A DNA stretch of 64,000 nt from Raillietiella orientalis (Eukaryota): NCBI GenBank assembly GCA_036172245.1, contig JAYWIR010000015.1:930001-994000 (forward strand). The letters are read 5' to 3'. Shown piece after piece: positions 51,541 through 64,000 of this stretch. Position 1 is the first letter of the stretch. Each line of letters opens with the position of its first letter. The translations under genes were made by a program, and so were the position numbers. A model generated the notes under the pieces. It worked only from the letters and a program-made list of their open reading frames with translations, made no database searches and was not told the DNA's origin.

Positions 51541-54500
51541 ACAAAGAGACATTAGAGGGAGATGGCGAGAATGATCAAATTATTATGGATTATTGCTCAA
51601 TGTATAGAATTCCTTCTAAGATTCTGCATGAGCGGGTCAAGATTTCGATATTTAGACTGCTTAAGACATAAAACTTTTATGCACTTATAGGAGCGCATCT
51701 AACGAACTTCAGGTACTTATTTTGCCGAGAACACTCGTTCAAGACACTGTTTCATTGGCAAAAATGCTTCCTCAAATCCAAAAGAATAAGAAGAAAAAAA
51801 GGGAGCCACTGCTGTCGAATTTGAAAAGTAAACAAATCTTCATTTGTTTTCTTTTACTTTCTGCAAACAAAGAGAAGGAGGAGGTGGTTGAATTTGGTCT
51901 GGACCCGTTCTCTCATATAATCTTCATACAAGTAGATTCTTCTTTCTGTATGCTATCCACTAATCATTGCACACATGCAATCACTGCATACTGTCTGACG
52001 TTTCATTCATTTTTTCAAAGCTTCCTGGCTTCATTTCGACTGACTGGTTGCAGAGAACTGCAGCAGCAAATTGCTCGAAGGCAACGAGCCAGCCAATTCA
52101 TTCTAAAGGTTTCTTGAACTTCTCATCTGTGGCAAAAGGTGATCTGATTCTTCATCAAGTTAAAGGAGGCAAAGCGGGAGTACTGGATGCCTCCTTAGCA
52201 GTGCCTTTCTTCAGCACTTCTGTTCCAGAAAAGTTCCTGTTTGGGACCATGTCACGGTCAAACAGGCAGCATGTAGCGAGGAACATAGCAATGGAACGCT
52301 GACCTCAAATGAGGACCGACCTGGAATCAGTCCTGATTTGCAATCAGGGGAGTCATGCCTTCTCTTGAAACGAGGAAAGGTAGAACAAGTTCCACGAATT
52401 ATTACAGATCATGAAACATCTAGGAAAAGATCAAGAGCTGACTCAAGTACACGGCTTCCCTATTTGTCTTGTGGGCAATGTTCTTCAATATTACTGCTTG
52501 ATCAGTAGAGCCAATTCTCTCTTAGGTCGAATCTCTACAGAATCCATCAGATGAGAGACGGTGGTCATTTTAGAGAATTCAGGTTACTCGATTATAGCCC
52601 TCAATTATAAACTGTAGAAAAATTTGCGTAAAGTTTCAACGACCTCTATGGGTGGCTTCTAGAACCAGGCAGACAGCTAACTCAGCTACCGTTCTTACAA
52701 CGATCCAGAAAAAGAACCTGGAGGTTTTCGTGCAGCACACCTATTGTTTTTTGTTTTTTGTTTTCTGAACCAGCACTTTTTTGAGAGGGAAAGGTACGTA
52801 GGAGCGAAAAATTTCGAATTCTTTTCATTTTCTTACAGATAAACGGATTATGAAATTAATCCTCAATCTTGGATACCGCTTGAAGAGCAGTTCGAGGAGC
52901 GAGCCTTTCACCAGATCAATCACCCTCTTATCTGAATCTCTCTAGCAATTTTAGTTTTTTTTTCAGTAAAGAATGCGACGCATCCTGAAATTTGCATTCT
53001 CTGGAGCTGATTTAGCTCAATTTTTAGAACCACGACACATCTGGGAATGTCAGATGACGGGAATTCTAAGGGGAGTCGCGTGGGTGTTTACAGTAAGAGT
53101 GGAGATGCGAAGTTCTCCTTTTCTCGAGAGGCTGACCTCAATGTGTTTCAAAGAGGCTTCAAGTGAAAAGTGATCTAGCAGTTTTCATAAGAAACGGATA
53201 GAGGAGTGAGATCATTGGGTAGAAGATGATTGTCGGAAAATGAATGAGTTCCTTCGGCAAGAGCACGGAGTTCCTATCGGACGACGAATGCAAGCCGTGT
53301 TAATTTGAGAATGAAGATAAGAGAGAATTATGATTGCTAAGCGAGATAATGACCTCTGGTGTGGACCAGATTGCCACTGTCGAACGTGCTGCAGCATGTC
53401 ATCTCTGAGCATCACAGACTGCACTCGAGAGGTTGTTAGGGATTGGCAGACACTTCGATCGGGCTTCACTCTCTCTGAGATCCTTCGATTCGGAATGACC
53501 TTCCTAGATGCAAAGCCGCGGCTGTTCCTTCTCGACATCGGTTTTCAGTGGTTCCTTGAGAAACGAATTACGTGTGCAAAGAAGCGTGCAGTGCTTCTGT
53601 TCAAGCACTGATTGATGAGTAGATTCATGATTTAGAAGTTGCAGCGGCTTGTCTGGTAGGAGAGTATCTTCGGTTTTCTTTTTCTGTCACTTGAGATCGC
53701 CGCCACCTCCCTGATTTCCAACATTCCTCGGTGTTCCTCCTCCTCTGTTTACAATGTCAGTCTCCTTGTATTTCTTTCTGCAGCAAGTTTCCTATAACCC
53801 TACAAGAACCTGCAAAGCCCGCAGAAATCTAATCTTGCAAATGCTTCCACTGCTTCCTATCATGAAACATCAATTCCAACTTTTCGAATTTCCTGTCGCC
53901 TTCCTATCTCGACATTCTGCAGCTTTCTGAAAAACTTCCTCTTCGTAAGAAAAATTCTCTTGTATTCCTCCAGAAAGCAAAGCGACCAGTGCTTTTCTCA
54001 TTCGTTTTCCAAGTGTCCCAACGTGCGCTGCTTGAGGCAGACATGAGGCGAATGAACGAGCCTTCCTTTGTACTGGGTTTTTTCTTCTTCCTTGCTTTTC
54101 CACCTTTCAATAGTGGTTGTATTGTGGGTTCTTGAGAATAACGCTACCACACTCCATTCCAGCGCTTACATTCTCTTACCCTATGTAAATATGGCATAAA
54201 TTCTCGAGAACCAGAAGCGATATTCATGTAGCAACTCTCCTTCCCTTGGATAAAACACGTGATTTACGATCAGCACTATTTGAAGTATAAATGTCTGGTA
54301 CTCGGAATACCCTTCCATCAAAATACGTAGGATCATGGTAGCTACGGAAGGTACTCCCTAAGACATTAGGTGGACATGCGTTCCTGTGGGCACGTCAGAC
54401 AACCTCTTCGCTCAATATTCCCGTGCATGCTGAAAGTTTCGACCGTTTGCGGGCATTTACTTTCCGCCTGTTCGGACCAGCAATATTTTCCGACATCCAG

Positions 54501-55959
54501 AAAGCATTGGGAATTTCGACTTATTTTTCTTCCCACTGAGAACGTTTTCATTGGTCAAGTTTCTTGATTGCTTCATTCCCCCCGACTTAGGTCAGACAGT
54601 TCCCTTCAGATCAACCTGAAGGGGTAGAAAGTGCCTTACTTGAGAAAGCAAAAAGCACTAGGAAAGGCTTACTTGAAGATTCGCATCCTCCTCATGCAGG
54701 TTATGATTTACCTGGAACCGGATGCTCGAACCCCAGCAGATGAAAAGAAAAGCATCTGCCCTTATCCTCCTCAGAAACCTCTCCGAGACCTTTGTCTGTG
54801 GCTGATGCTTCATTGTTTTTTCGAATTTCCACCACAAGCGGGGCATAAAAAGAGGACACACCTTTACCAAGAGTTTTATGCGACATCATTCTGTTTCAAC
54901 ACTGGCAACAACAGCGACCTCATCTCAAGGATTTTTGCTTCATATGCTCGCAACGTGTTGCTATAACAAAGGTGTCTGCGTTATCTTGCAATCATGATAT
55001 GCTGCCAGGTCCTTTCAATGCAAACTCATGTGTTTACGGTGAAGCACGCAAGAATATTTCTCTTTTGAAGAGTTCACAGCTCTCACGGACTTTCGTAATC
55101 AGGAAATTCTTCCGAACCAACTCTTAGTGCTTGAGACCTTCCATAGAACCTCTTAGAAGTTTCTCAGATCGAGTCGTTGCTCTATCGGTGGCAAATAAGA
55201 ACTTGCTTTCAACTTGTATACAAAAGCCTTAGATATGTGAAACGAGTCTCCAATGATGACTCAGGTCCAATAATTTCCCCTACTCTGTTCGAGTATTACG
55301 TCTGCAAACTGCCATCCACACACTATACTCTTGTGAACTTATGCCCTAGGAAGAAAAAAAACGATGTTCGAAGAGAACATATTGTTCTTTGGGGAGGAAC
55401 TAGTTCTGCAACAGATGGTTTAGGCTCTCGGTGGAAACGTAGAGCTAATGCTCCCGAGAGAACCACATGGCAACCTTGCAGACTAATAAACAGTTCATGA
55501 GAGGCGGGCAGTTCAAGTTAGTTAACTGGCCAAGAGTCAGAGATTAATAGAAAAAATCATGAATGACATCTTAGTAGGAGGTCACAGCTAAGCAAATAAT
55601 TGCAGCTCACACGCCACCATTTGCTACAACACATTGTCTTAGAGTCTAGGAGCTCGACACATTCTGATTCAGCGGTGCTGTTGACTACCATCTTGCATAT
55701 GATACTGGTTTTCAGTAGCAGCCTTTCGTCTATCATTTACATGAACTAAAAAAATAAGTAAGACAGATGACTCAAGTGATAGTAGAAGCTTCAGAGCTCA
55801 CGAGTGCACTCAGTTATGGGTGGCAGAAGATATCACATACAACCATAAGAAACTTTCAGAGATGCTCTACTTATCGGCATTTCTGTTGGTTAGTGGCACT
55901 GCTGGAGACAAAATATGAGAGGAAAACTCGAAAACCAAAAAAAATGTGCTTCTAGAGTG

Positions 55960-56650
55960 CTATGGAGACAAGAAGGTTTTCCACATGAGCACGATCTTTT
56001 CCTTCTTCACGAGTCTGTTACCCATCATCAAGTCATTTCCTTGATGCGCTACTGGAAGTGGGGACAGACTTAATCGATAGAGGCAGCCCTCATTTCTGGT
56101 TATGAAAGCCAGACTTGGAGGTTGATCCGTGAGAAAGAGCTTTGCCAGAGGCCCTTTAGCACGAATTTTGTAGTTACGGAGATGAAAGGAGGGTTGTTTT
56201 CTGACCTCTCTGACCTTCAATGAAGAAAGGCCGGGAGGTGTCTTGAAATGTCCCCTTAGAAACTGAGCTCTCAACCGACTTCCACTTCGTCGATAAACGC
56301 AAGAGCAACGCAGTAATCGAACCTCTGTACTATGAGAGAGTACAAGTTCGTAAGAATGAGGAAGGGGAGCCGCCTGAGGGCCTTGATGCTTGCTTGATGA
56401 ACATTGAGCCACAGACTTTGAGGCATTGATTGATGCCTTTGAATAGATTAACCAGACCTTTAGAATCTTGAAAAAGAGACAAATCAGGTATCTTGTCGTG
56501 AATAAAGAGAGTGGAGCGCATCTACTTTTCCTGGGTTCACTCCGGTCTCCTGTAGGAAAAGGACCACTCAGATCGATGACCTCATCTTTCAAAAGTCAAG
56601 AGAGTGCCTCATCCTCGTCTTCGAACTCTGTTTCTTCCTGTCTTCCTTTG
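55960..56650 (-). mobile_element. Possible decayed piggyBac-like transposase remnant in the intron
   Basis: Acidic N-terminus EETEFEDEDE followed by ORF 55960-56592 with PLSLFTTRY, SRLRAQFLRGHF (cf. MsRxRFxxIxxxLHF) and SSLKVREV (cf. DxlxKvRp). No intact catalytic Asp motif is visible. Confidence 0.38.
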
Positions 56651-56904
56651 TGAATAAAATTGATTTGTGCTCCTGACTCGTTTCTTATTCCTACACGGTA
56701 CCATACGACTCTATCTCAGACATTTCGTCCGCAAGTAACTCCCCTGGAAGAGTAGAATTTGGAGGAAATAGGGGTGCTAAAAGAATCCACATGGAAGTTG
56801 GGTTCCCCAAAATTGGGGCCCTCCGCGGAAACACTTCTTTTTGTTTCTACCTCTGGTAAGGTAGTGCGTCTCACTAAAAAACTGAAGGAGACTCGAGTGC
56901 TTAC

Positions 56905-57113
56905 CTGACACCTGGAATCCGGGTGTGGATCTGCGTAGTACCCAGGGATCCTGTCTGAACAAGTGAAACCGGTCTTCGGGATGGAGTTTAATGTCGGATA
57001 TTCCCTCAGATCTTGCACTGCGAATTCAGTGGTCGTGGCACCAAGTTCGTCTTCGCTCCTGGAGAGGGAGACCACGGACAACAGTAGAAAAGAGAGCAGA
57101 AGACGAATTTTTC
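56905..57113 (-). CDS. Internal coding exon of the CPAP1-like ChtBD2 protein (signal peptide and N-half of the domain)
   Basis: Branch/acceptor ctgat...ttttactgtctttcaag then xKIRLLLSFLLLSVVSLSRSEDELGATTTEFAVQDLREYPTLNSIPKTGFTCSDRIPGYYADPHPDSRCQ, ending at donor gtaagc. YP...IPxTxFxC...GYYAD...CQ is the CPAP1-type signature. Spliced Cys spacing is C-X16-C-X5-C-X10-C-X12-C-X7-C. The start exon (phase 1) was not located. Confidence 0.92.
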
Positions 57114-59293
57114 CTTGAAAGACAGTAAAACATCAGAAGCACAACGGAGGGAATGTCAGGATTTGGATAGGGAGGGTGCGCTGGTAGCCCTTTTGGTAGA
57201 AAGGCAGAGGAATAAGAAGGGAAAAAGGAAGCGATTTTCGAGGGCGATTTCTCGAATCAGACTGATGATGAAACTACCTTTTTTTATCAGTGCATCTGTT
57301 CCCTACCGCAGTCAAGGAATCATTTCTTTCCACCAGGTCCACTCAGGAAAAGGAGGAAGAATCATCTTTAGAAACGAGTCCACTGATTTGTTTTTTTTTC
57401 TCTTTCTCTCTCTCTGGAGATCTTTGTTCTTATTTCTGCTTGCGCTGCAGCCAAGGATTCACAGTTATCTCGCTCAGGATCAATTCAAACGTGAAAAAAT
57501 GCAGTTAACTTTCAGAGAATTGCCCTTCTCGAGGGAAAAGAGGAAATGAGAACGGTTCCGTATCGATGGAAACTCTTCACAGTATGCACCGGAAAATGCT
57601 GGGAATTAAGCACAACTGGTTAAAATTAGTGGCTATGCATTCCCTTCCGAAACAACAGGTGTTTTATCCGTCTGAAGATTCCCGACAGGAGTGGGCACTC
57701 TGTGGTGACCATACCTAGCTGACACTCAAACTGTGGTTTTTTTTCTTCCAGAAGATCATCCTCAGCGCTCTGAAGATTTCCTTTTCTTTTGCGGATCAGG
57801 AGAACAGTTAGCAATCATTAAAATCGTCCTCAAGGTAACTGCTTGGTGTTTCCTGTGTTTCTTGGGAGCTGCACTTCTTATAAGAACACCGCTTTGGAAA
57901 AACGTGAAGATCTCCAACGTGAGGAGTGACACTTAAAGGAAAGACTCGATGGACACACGAGGAGTGAAAATCAAACCCGCAAGCAAATACAAAGGATCAG
58001 ATACCTCGGTTTCCTAGCTCCCATTCGAGAAAGCTGCTCTCCAATTCACATTGGAGAGCATTCGTTTGTCTACTTCAGTAATTAAATGCTTTCTATTCTT
58101 TTGCCATCATTGGTAATTATACGGAATGAATTCGTGATTTCTCCTTCCTGGTGAGAAGCTAGCAAATACTTCTTCAGGCTTTATCTGTTAGCATAATTGA
58201 GGTTCGGAGCCTCGTTTGCACTTTTTCTTTCTGGCATCTCATCACGTAATTGCTGCAGAGCTGATGAAAGTCTTGAAGTGTGAGCTTCTTGCTCTGAAAT
58301 CTACCACAAACTAAGAAGATAAGAACAGACATTTCCGCTTATTGTAGCAGACTACTTCCACGTGAGTTCTGAGGCATTTCACATGCCAGCTGGTAATGGT
58401 GTGTTCGAAGAGTATAATTTGCCATTCCCAACTGCATTCCCCTCACACAGAAGTCTATTTTTATAAGCGTGCTTTGACCTGTTCTAAGCAGCTTGCCCAA
58501 ATGGTCTCTTCAAGAACCGGGATGGATTCAGCAGTAGTAGTTGTTTCTAGACTAGAGTTTTGATCATTGCGAGTCTGTGACCCAATAGCTCTCTACATGG
58601 AACTGGAGATTTAGCAATATACAGAATAATAAAATTCATCTCTTCTGGGACTGAACTGTTTGCTTTTGCCTGGTTCCACGTATCAGCAGCAGGCGAATTG
58701 TTATCTACTCTAGCTTACAGAGATTTTCCTTCAGATTGAAGTGGTAAAAGATTCTGAGACTCATCTTCACTGAGGAATGCAGTAACAAGAGGATAATAGC
58801 AAAAGCTATGGAGAAATTAACCTACTACTTGAGTTCAATGCAGATAGTCTCTCTATGCAAGTTGCATGCGCGTGGCACTATGACCTACATTCGGAGCTCC
58901 ATTTCTAACTTCCAAAAGGAAACTCCAAAACGAATTTGCATCACCAATTATCAATCCTGGAACATATGTGAAAACCCAACGAACGGAAAGGTGGGGTTTC
59001 CAAATCGTTCCCCAGCGCACCGAAAAATGTTTCATGAGAGGTTATGAAGACCTCGCTCTGAGGGACACCAGGAACCTTGTTTCTGGAAGCAAGGAACGGA
59101 GTGTCTGATGCTGGTAAGAATTGACTCCGCAGAGATAAAACACGCGCTTGGCAGGTCCGTTAAAATTTAGACCAGCGAAACAAACAGCTCATGACCAATC
59201 TTGAAGGAAAACAGGAGAAGAATGCCATTGCCATCGATACTGGCATTTAAAATGCCAAAGAAAGTTTTTACAAATTAGCGTTTTTTTTTATTT

Positions 59294-59308
59294 GGGGGGG
59301 GGGGGGGG
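59294..59308 (+). repeat. Poly(G) tract of 15 nt next to a T-rich run
   Basis: Read directly from the sequence. Confidence 0.9.
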
Positions 59309-60499
59309 AGGATGTAGCCTTCAGAGAGTGCTAAACCATCCGATAAGTCAATCAAGAATACCTCAAATGCCCTCTCGGCCTAGTCAGAATAAACCTTTCG
59401 CTCTTCACGAAGTATCAGGAATCGATCAAGTGCTTGTCTGTTCAAGTAATTGGTTACTTCCTGGTGCTTAGACTGACGCGTTTCTCGCGAACACCTGAGC
59501 AAATGAGTTCTTGAGCGACGTCATCTAAGTATGCCGCGAACGTGCAAGAGGGGCCTCGCGAGTCCCTGGACCAAGCAGTGGTCTTGGAGAGTTTATTACA
59601 AAGCTTTGTAACTGGACATTTGCCCATGTTTTGCAACTTTTAGGAAACGTTTATTACCGCAGATTCCGGAAACGGGAAGCAGGGCGTAATGCGTTTCTAA
59701 ATATGTTTAAAATGGTTGTCAGTCTCAAAAATGCATAAGATGCCAAAATGAAATCTGCGAAAATAAGGAGTGCGAGGAAGAGGATGAAATATGAGGACAG
59801 GGAATAAATGAGCACAAATCCTTTATTAGGGAACCATCACCTATTTCAGGAGTAGTTTTCAAAGACTTCTGAAGGATTTCCAAAGTTTTGATGCAACTAC
59901 CAAGATTGACGACTGCTCTGATACGTTCGTCTCGTATCCATTTTTTCGGTGGCATTGCTTTTAAAGTCAGGGTCATCCTGTTAAGAAACGCCACCCTTTA
60001 GAAACTTTTAAACGCCGAATTTTTTGTCCCGAAAAAAAGTTCTCGGCCTTGCAACTTTTTGCCACGTGTTTCCTAAGTTGCAGAATCCTGTTTCGAATCC
60101 TGGGATTCCTAAATCAATGACGAAAAATTTTCTTCGAGCACTTTCCTCCTTTTTCCTGGAGTTGAGTTTCAGTGTCCGCCTCCTCAAGAGAAAATTCCTG
60201 CAGAGGACTCATGCAAAGGCTTTCTGCCTCCCGAATGCTTGCATTCATTTGCTTAGGACTGGTACTTGATGTTTCAGAATCCGCATACTGTTCGCTAAAC
60301 CTTTTCCATGTAACTTGCCCTTCTCTTCATCTCTGATCACAGAGATAAACAGGAGAGTAAGCTGCATGGAAACCGCTACCACTCAGATTCCTGCTGCAAG
60401 AGTTACGCGAGCAGTGAAGAGGGAAAAAACGAGATCTGATAACCAAAGCAATATAAATTGTGTGCACTGGGATCCTCTGACATTGACGGAAGGAAGAAT

Positions 60500-63400
60500 C
60501 TTGTCAGGATAGATTTGCAAGCTTCAGCTGGGCAGCTCGGAAACCCATGCTGACGACGCTCCTTGGCAACAAGTGCAAACCACTGACAGTTTTCGCAGCA
60601 GTACAGCTCCAGGAAAAGAGAATCTCTCGTATCCTCTCCATGTTGGCAACGAGCTCTCCCTCTCTCTTTTTCCATCGCCGAGAGACTGAGAAGGTGGACC
60701 CATACAAGACTCCATCCACTTCCTGCAAGAGAGGGTCTGGCACGAACGCCTCAGTGTCGCTTCTGTTCCGGCTTTGCCTTCTCTTTCTCGGGACCCTGCA
60801 GCTAGGTCGCTTCTCAAAGACAATCTTTCGGCACTTTGTATTCTCCTGGTTGCATGCTGCATTGGAGGAAGGGAAGGAAGTTGGGTCGAAAGCTCCCTTG
60901 GCAACACGACCGGATTCGGTAGAAAAAAAAGAGAGGCCGACGAAGGAGAAAATCAGAGTGCACAGGCGAGGAGTCTACGAGGAACAGGAGGAAAACATTC
61001 GGAGTGGAGGAAGCCATACAGAGAGAGTCTTCCTGGAAAACCTCCTCGCCCCTGCTAAACCGAAGCGGCAAATCCAATAATCATGGGAAGATGCCGTGAT
61101 CTCTGAGGGAAGGTGTGTGATCATCCTCCCGATCGTGAGGTCCTCGTGGGGAGGACCCGGCAGGTGTGAAAACGGAATTACATTAGCCTCACTGGTAGGG
61201 ATCCGTCTCGCACAGCTCTGCCCATGCACTTTGAAAAAGATGTGTCTTCCTGCTCTGGAATGCTCCGCTGGTTCTGAGGAATCCAGAGGGATCCGCAAGA
61301 TGGGAAGCAGTCGCCAAGGAGGAAATGAGGTCCGGAAGGAAGGAAGGAAGGAAGGCGAAAACAAGATTGGAGGAAGAATGGGCCATTGCACCCCCACCGA
61401 GGGTCCCTCGTACTCACCCCAAAGCAGATGTCCTACCATCACCTTGGCTCAATAGCACGAAACATGCACTAGTATTCAGGAGTTTGCGGATCCTTCCTCC
61501 GATCCACACATAATCTTCCTGAGGATTTTATTTTTCTTTACGACTCTTTCAGGTGCAAAAATTTCTCTGGAATGAAACAAGAGACTTGAGACGGATGCTG
61601 CTCGCTACGAAAAGATTCCAGCTTTCCCAGCGGACGCAATCTCTTAATTCCGTTCGGAGAGAGCGTCTTCTCCCCCCTCCGCCACACTTCACGGCAAAGA
61701 GCTTTTTCTTAACCGGAAGTGCTCCCCAGCTCCCCCATCCTGCTCTTCCCCTTTTGCAACACGCGCTTCGGAGAGCGCACCTCTAAGCGTTCTTCCGCCT
61801 CGCCCCTCTCTTAAGCGAAGCCCCTTCCGCTCCCGGCCAATCCTGAAGAGAGAGCTCTTTCTTGGGAAAAGCGTCGAGAAATCTCCTCAGGCGAACTCGT
61901 CTCGCGGCTTTGGGTTCCCACAGCTTCATCTCGCCAATCGTGGCGCCCGGCATTATACAGGAGATGAGTCGAACCCGAACAGAAGCCGCTGGAACCAGGC
62001 GGATGAGCATCGAAACAACAGTTCGGAACGACGGCTGCGAGGAGCACCCTAAAAGCAGAGAATGGGAATAGGTGGAAAATAAGTACACCGTCTCGGCCGG
62101 GGATCTGCTACGAGGATTGCAGCTTCTTGCCCTGCTTCTTTCATGGAGCCCGCGATCTTGCCGAGGGAGGAGAAGACTCCGATGACTCACAGCGACTCTT
62201 AAGAAATGGCAGCTCAGATGGAGAAGAAGAAAGGTGCCTCGGGAGCTCGTCAGACTCCAATCGAGCATCTGAGGGGGAAAAGAAGCTATTCATTTACCAT
62301 TTACTTCAGTTTACCGCACTGCCTTCTGTTCAGCGCGCTCTCTTCAGAGTGAATTCCGCTGTTATTCAAGTGGACCTCCACAGCCCTTGGGGAAGTCATT
62401 CCTGGAGTCAGTACCGACCCACTGATCGCGGCCTGAGGAGACCGATGGCGCCCGAGGCGTTATCCACTTCCTTATGTTCTTTTTTTTTTTCTGTCTGGAA
62501 GGTTCATTCAAAGTCCACGAGGGATTCCTGGATCGGCACGGCACCTTCTTCACGGGGCTGGAGCCACGGCAATGCAACTGCAGAGCTGTCTCGCTTCTCC
62601 CACGGCGGAGGAACGGGGCTGTCACCGGAGTCCGGGGGCCTCCCACCGGATGGGTGGTCGTAGCGACGATGGTGGTCCGCGACAGTATCTCGGACCACCA
62701 CCAGGATGACAGGCTCGGAGTGGACGTCCTGCGGATTGGAGGCTCCTATCTGCTGCTGCTGCTGAGGCGACGGCGAACGGTCCGCGCCGCAGCCTCCTGC
62801 TGGCGTTCGGCACTGGGAGGGAGGCAGGAGGAAGAACTGTTGCCGAGGGAAGAGATGGACCTCCGCCCTCTCTGAAGAAGAGGAACCACGTGTCCTGGGT
62901 GAAGTTCCTCACGGCGACGCCGACGGCCCATACCAGAAGGTCGAGGCACTCCCGAATGGAGTCCCGTCCGTCCCTAAGGCCTTCCTCCAGACTCTGCCCA
63001 GGTTCACCGGCGGGACGAGGCGATATGCAGAGAAGATCGCTCGCCCACGAAGATGACCGCAAGCAGGGTGCGAAGGACTCCCTCCAGCGTTCAATGCTTT
63101 AAGAGCTAAATGAGCAGGCGGATCTGGGCGCCCAGCTTGCTCACGTTGGACCGGCCAAGAACGACTCCATGACGCTCCAGAGGATCGCCTACGCTTTCCA
63201 GAGGTCCGTCGAGAAGGGAAGCGCCGTCACCGTCTCCCGAAACCAAGAGCTCGGAAACCTGGGGACAGGAAGGGGATGAAGGTTCCCATCCCCCGTCATC
63301 TTTCGCATGAGGAAAGGCCTGACCTTACCAAGACGGAACCCAGGACGCGGTATTCCCTCCCATGTGCTGCCGGAGAGGCGCTAACTCCGTCGTCAGGCTG

Positions 63401-64000
63401 TTGAGGATAACCGGAGCGCCGAAGGACTGCACGTCGCTGCTGCTGGTGGAGGCGGCTCTTGGGTTCACCAAATTCCTCACTTAGGAATTGGGATGACGTT
63501 TCTACGCAGCCAAGCAGGTTCCAGTTTCAGGGATGAGCGCCTCGTTTCTGAGGGCCCTCAGGAAGGCTCGGCTGATAAATTTCTGGAAGCAGAGCAACGA
63601 GATCGGCTAAGAAGTTGCGCCACAATGCTGTTCTTGAAGCACGGTTTCAGGGACCCGAAGGAGTCTTGCCTTAGGAGGCGGGCAGGAGGGCTCGCAAACT
63701 GCTATGGGAGAAAAGGCGGATGAAGGTGCTTCCCTTTGGAGGGAGTTATAACTGCAAGAGAATTCTAAAAAGACAAGAAGCGTGAGCGACTTTCTTACCA
63801 GCGAATCTCGGGGAAGGCTGAATCGAGTTTGCAGACGGCAGCGAGATGGGGTGGCATGCAGTTTGCTTTCCCCGGCAACCAGCTCTTAAGATCGGTGTCT
63901 CCAGACCCGAAGGACGTCGGGCCATCCTACTAAATCGATGTCATCCGTTCCCTGCAGTAGTCCCATCCTGGAAAGTGCACCACTGTCTTCACCATCTGCC
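60500..64000 (-). other. GC/CpG-rich block with candidate multi-exon minus-strand transcript; product unidentified
   Basis: Four candidate short GT-AG introns: 63798-63702, 63328-63259, 62190-62049 and 61417-61274, each with a GTRAG donor and a pyrimidine-rich acceptor. I could not build a continuous stop-free frame or recognise a domain. Confidence 0.3.
61334..61355. repeat. (GGAA)n microsatellite
   Basis: ggaaggaaggaaggaaggaagg read directly. Confidence 0.9.

Noticed and set aside
54366..54551. Alternative ChtBD2 exon (KYCWSEQAESKCPQ) in the intron
   Set aside because: Cys spacing and aromatic residues do not fit the domain, and I saw no suitable acceptor.
62290..62300. ATG|gtaaat as first exon of the CPAP1-like gene
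   Set aside because: It gives phase 0, whereas the exon starting at 57113 needs phase 1.

Overview
This is gene-poor eukaryotic nuclear DNA, most likely from an arthropod (inferred from GT-AG introns, a eukaryotic tRNA-Met and a CPAP1-type cuticular protein). Almost all ORFs in the supplied track are chance or shadow ORFs. Two features are well supported. The first is an intact elongator tRNA-Met(CAT) at 21666-21738. The second is a minus-strand gene for a secreted protein with one chitin-binding type 2 (peritrophin-A/CBM14) domain, with exons at 57113-56905 and 49452-49237 separated by a 7.45 kb intron; its ATG exon was not found. Much of the rest is decayed transposon sequence. The largest piece is a ~8.5 kb cluster of three degenerate L1/Tx1-like non-LTR retrotransposons (about 21.9-30.4 kb) starting just behind the tRNA, with a fourth related copy inside the gene's intron. 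There are also weaker piggyBac-, Tc1/mariner- and RTE-like remnants, two dispersed repeat pairs and a degenerate ~40 bp minisatellite. A GC-rich block at 60.5-64 kb has several good minus-strand splice-site pairs but no recognisable protein. I found no CRISPR array, no prokaryotic system and nothing I can confidently call a new biological system. All TE calls come from manual translation and motif recognition, not database searches, and their boundaries are approximate.
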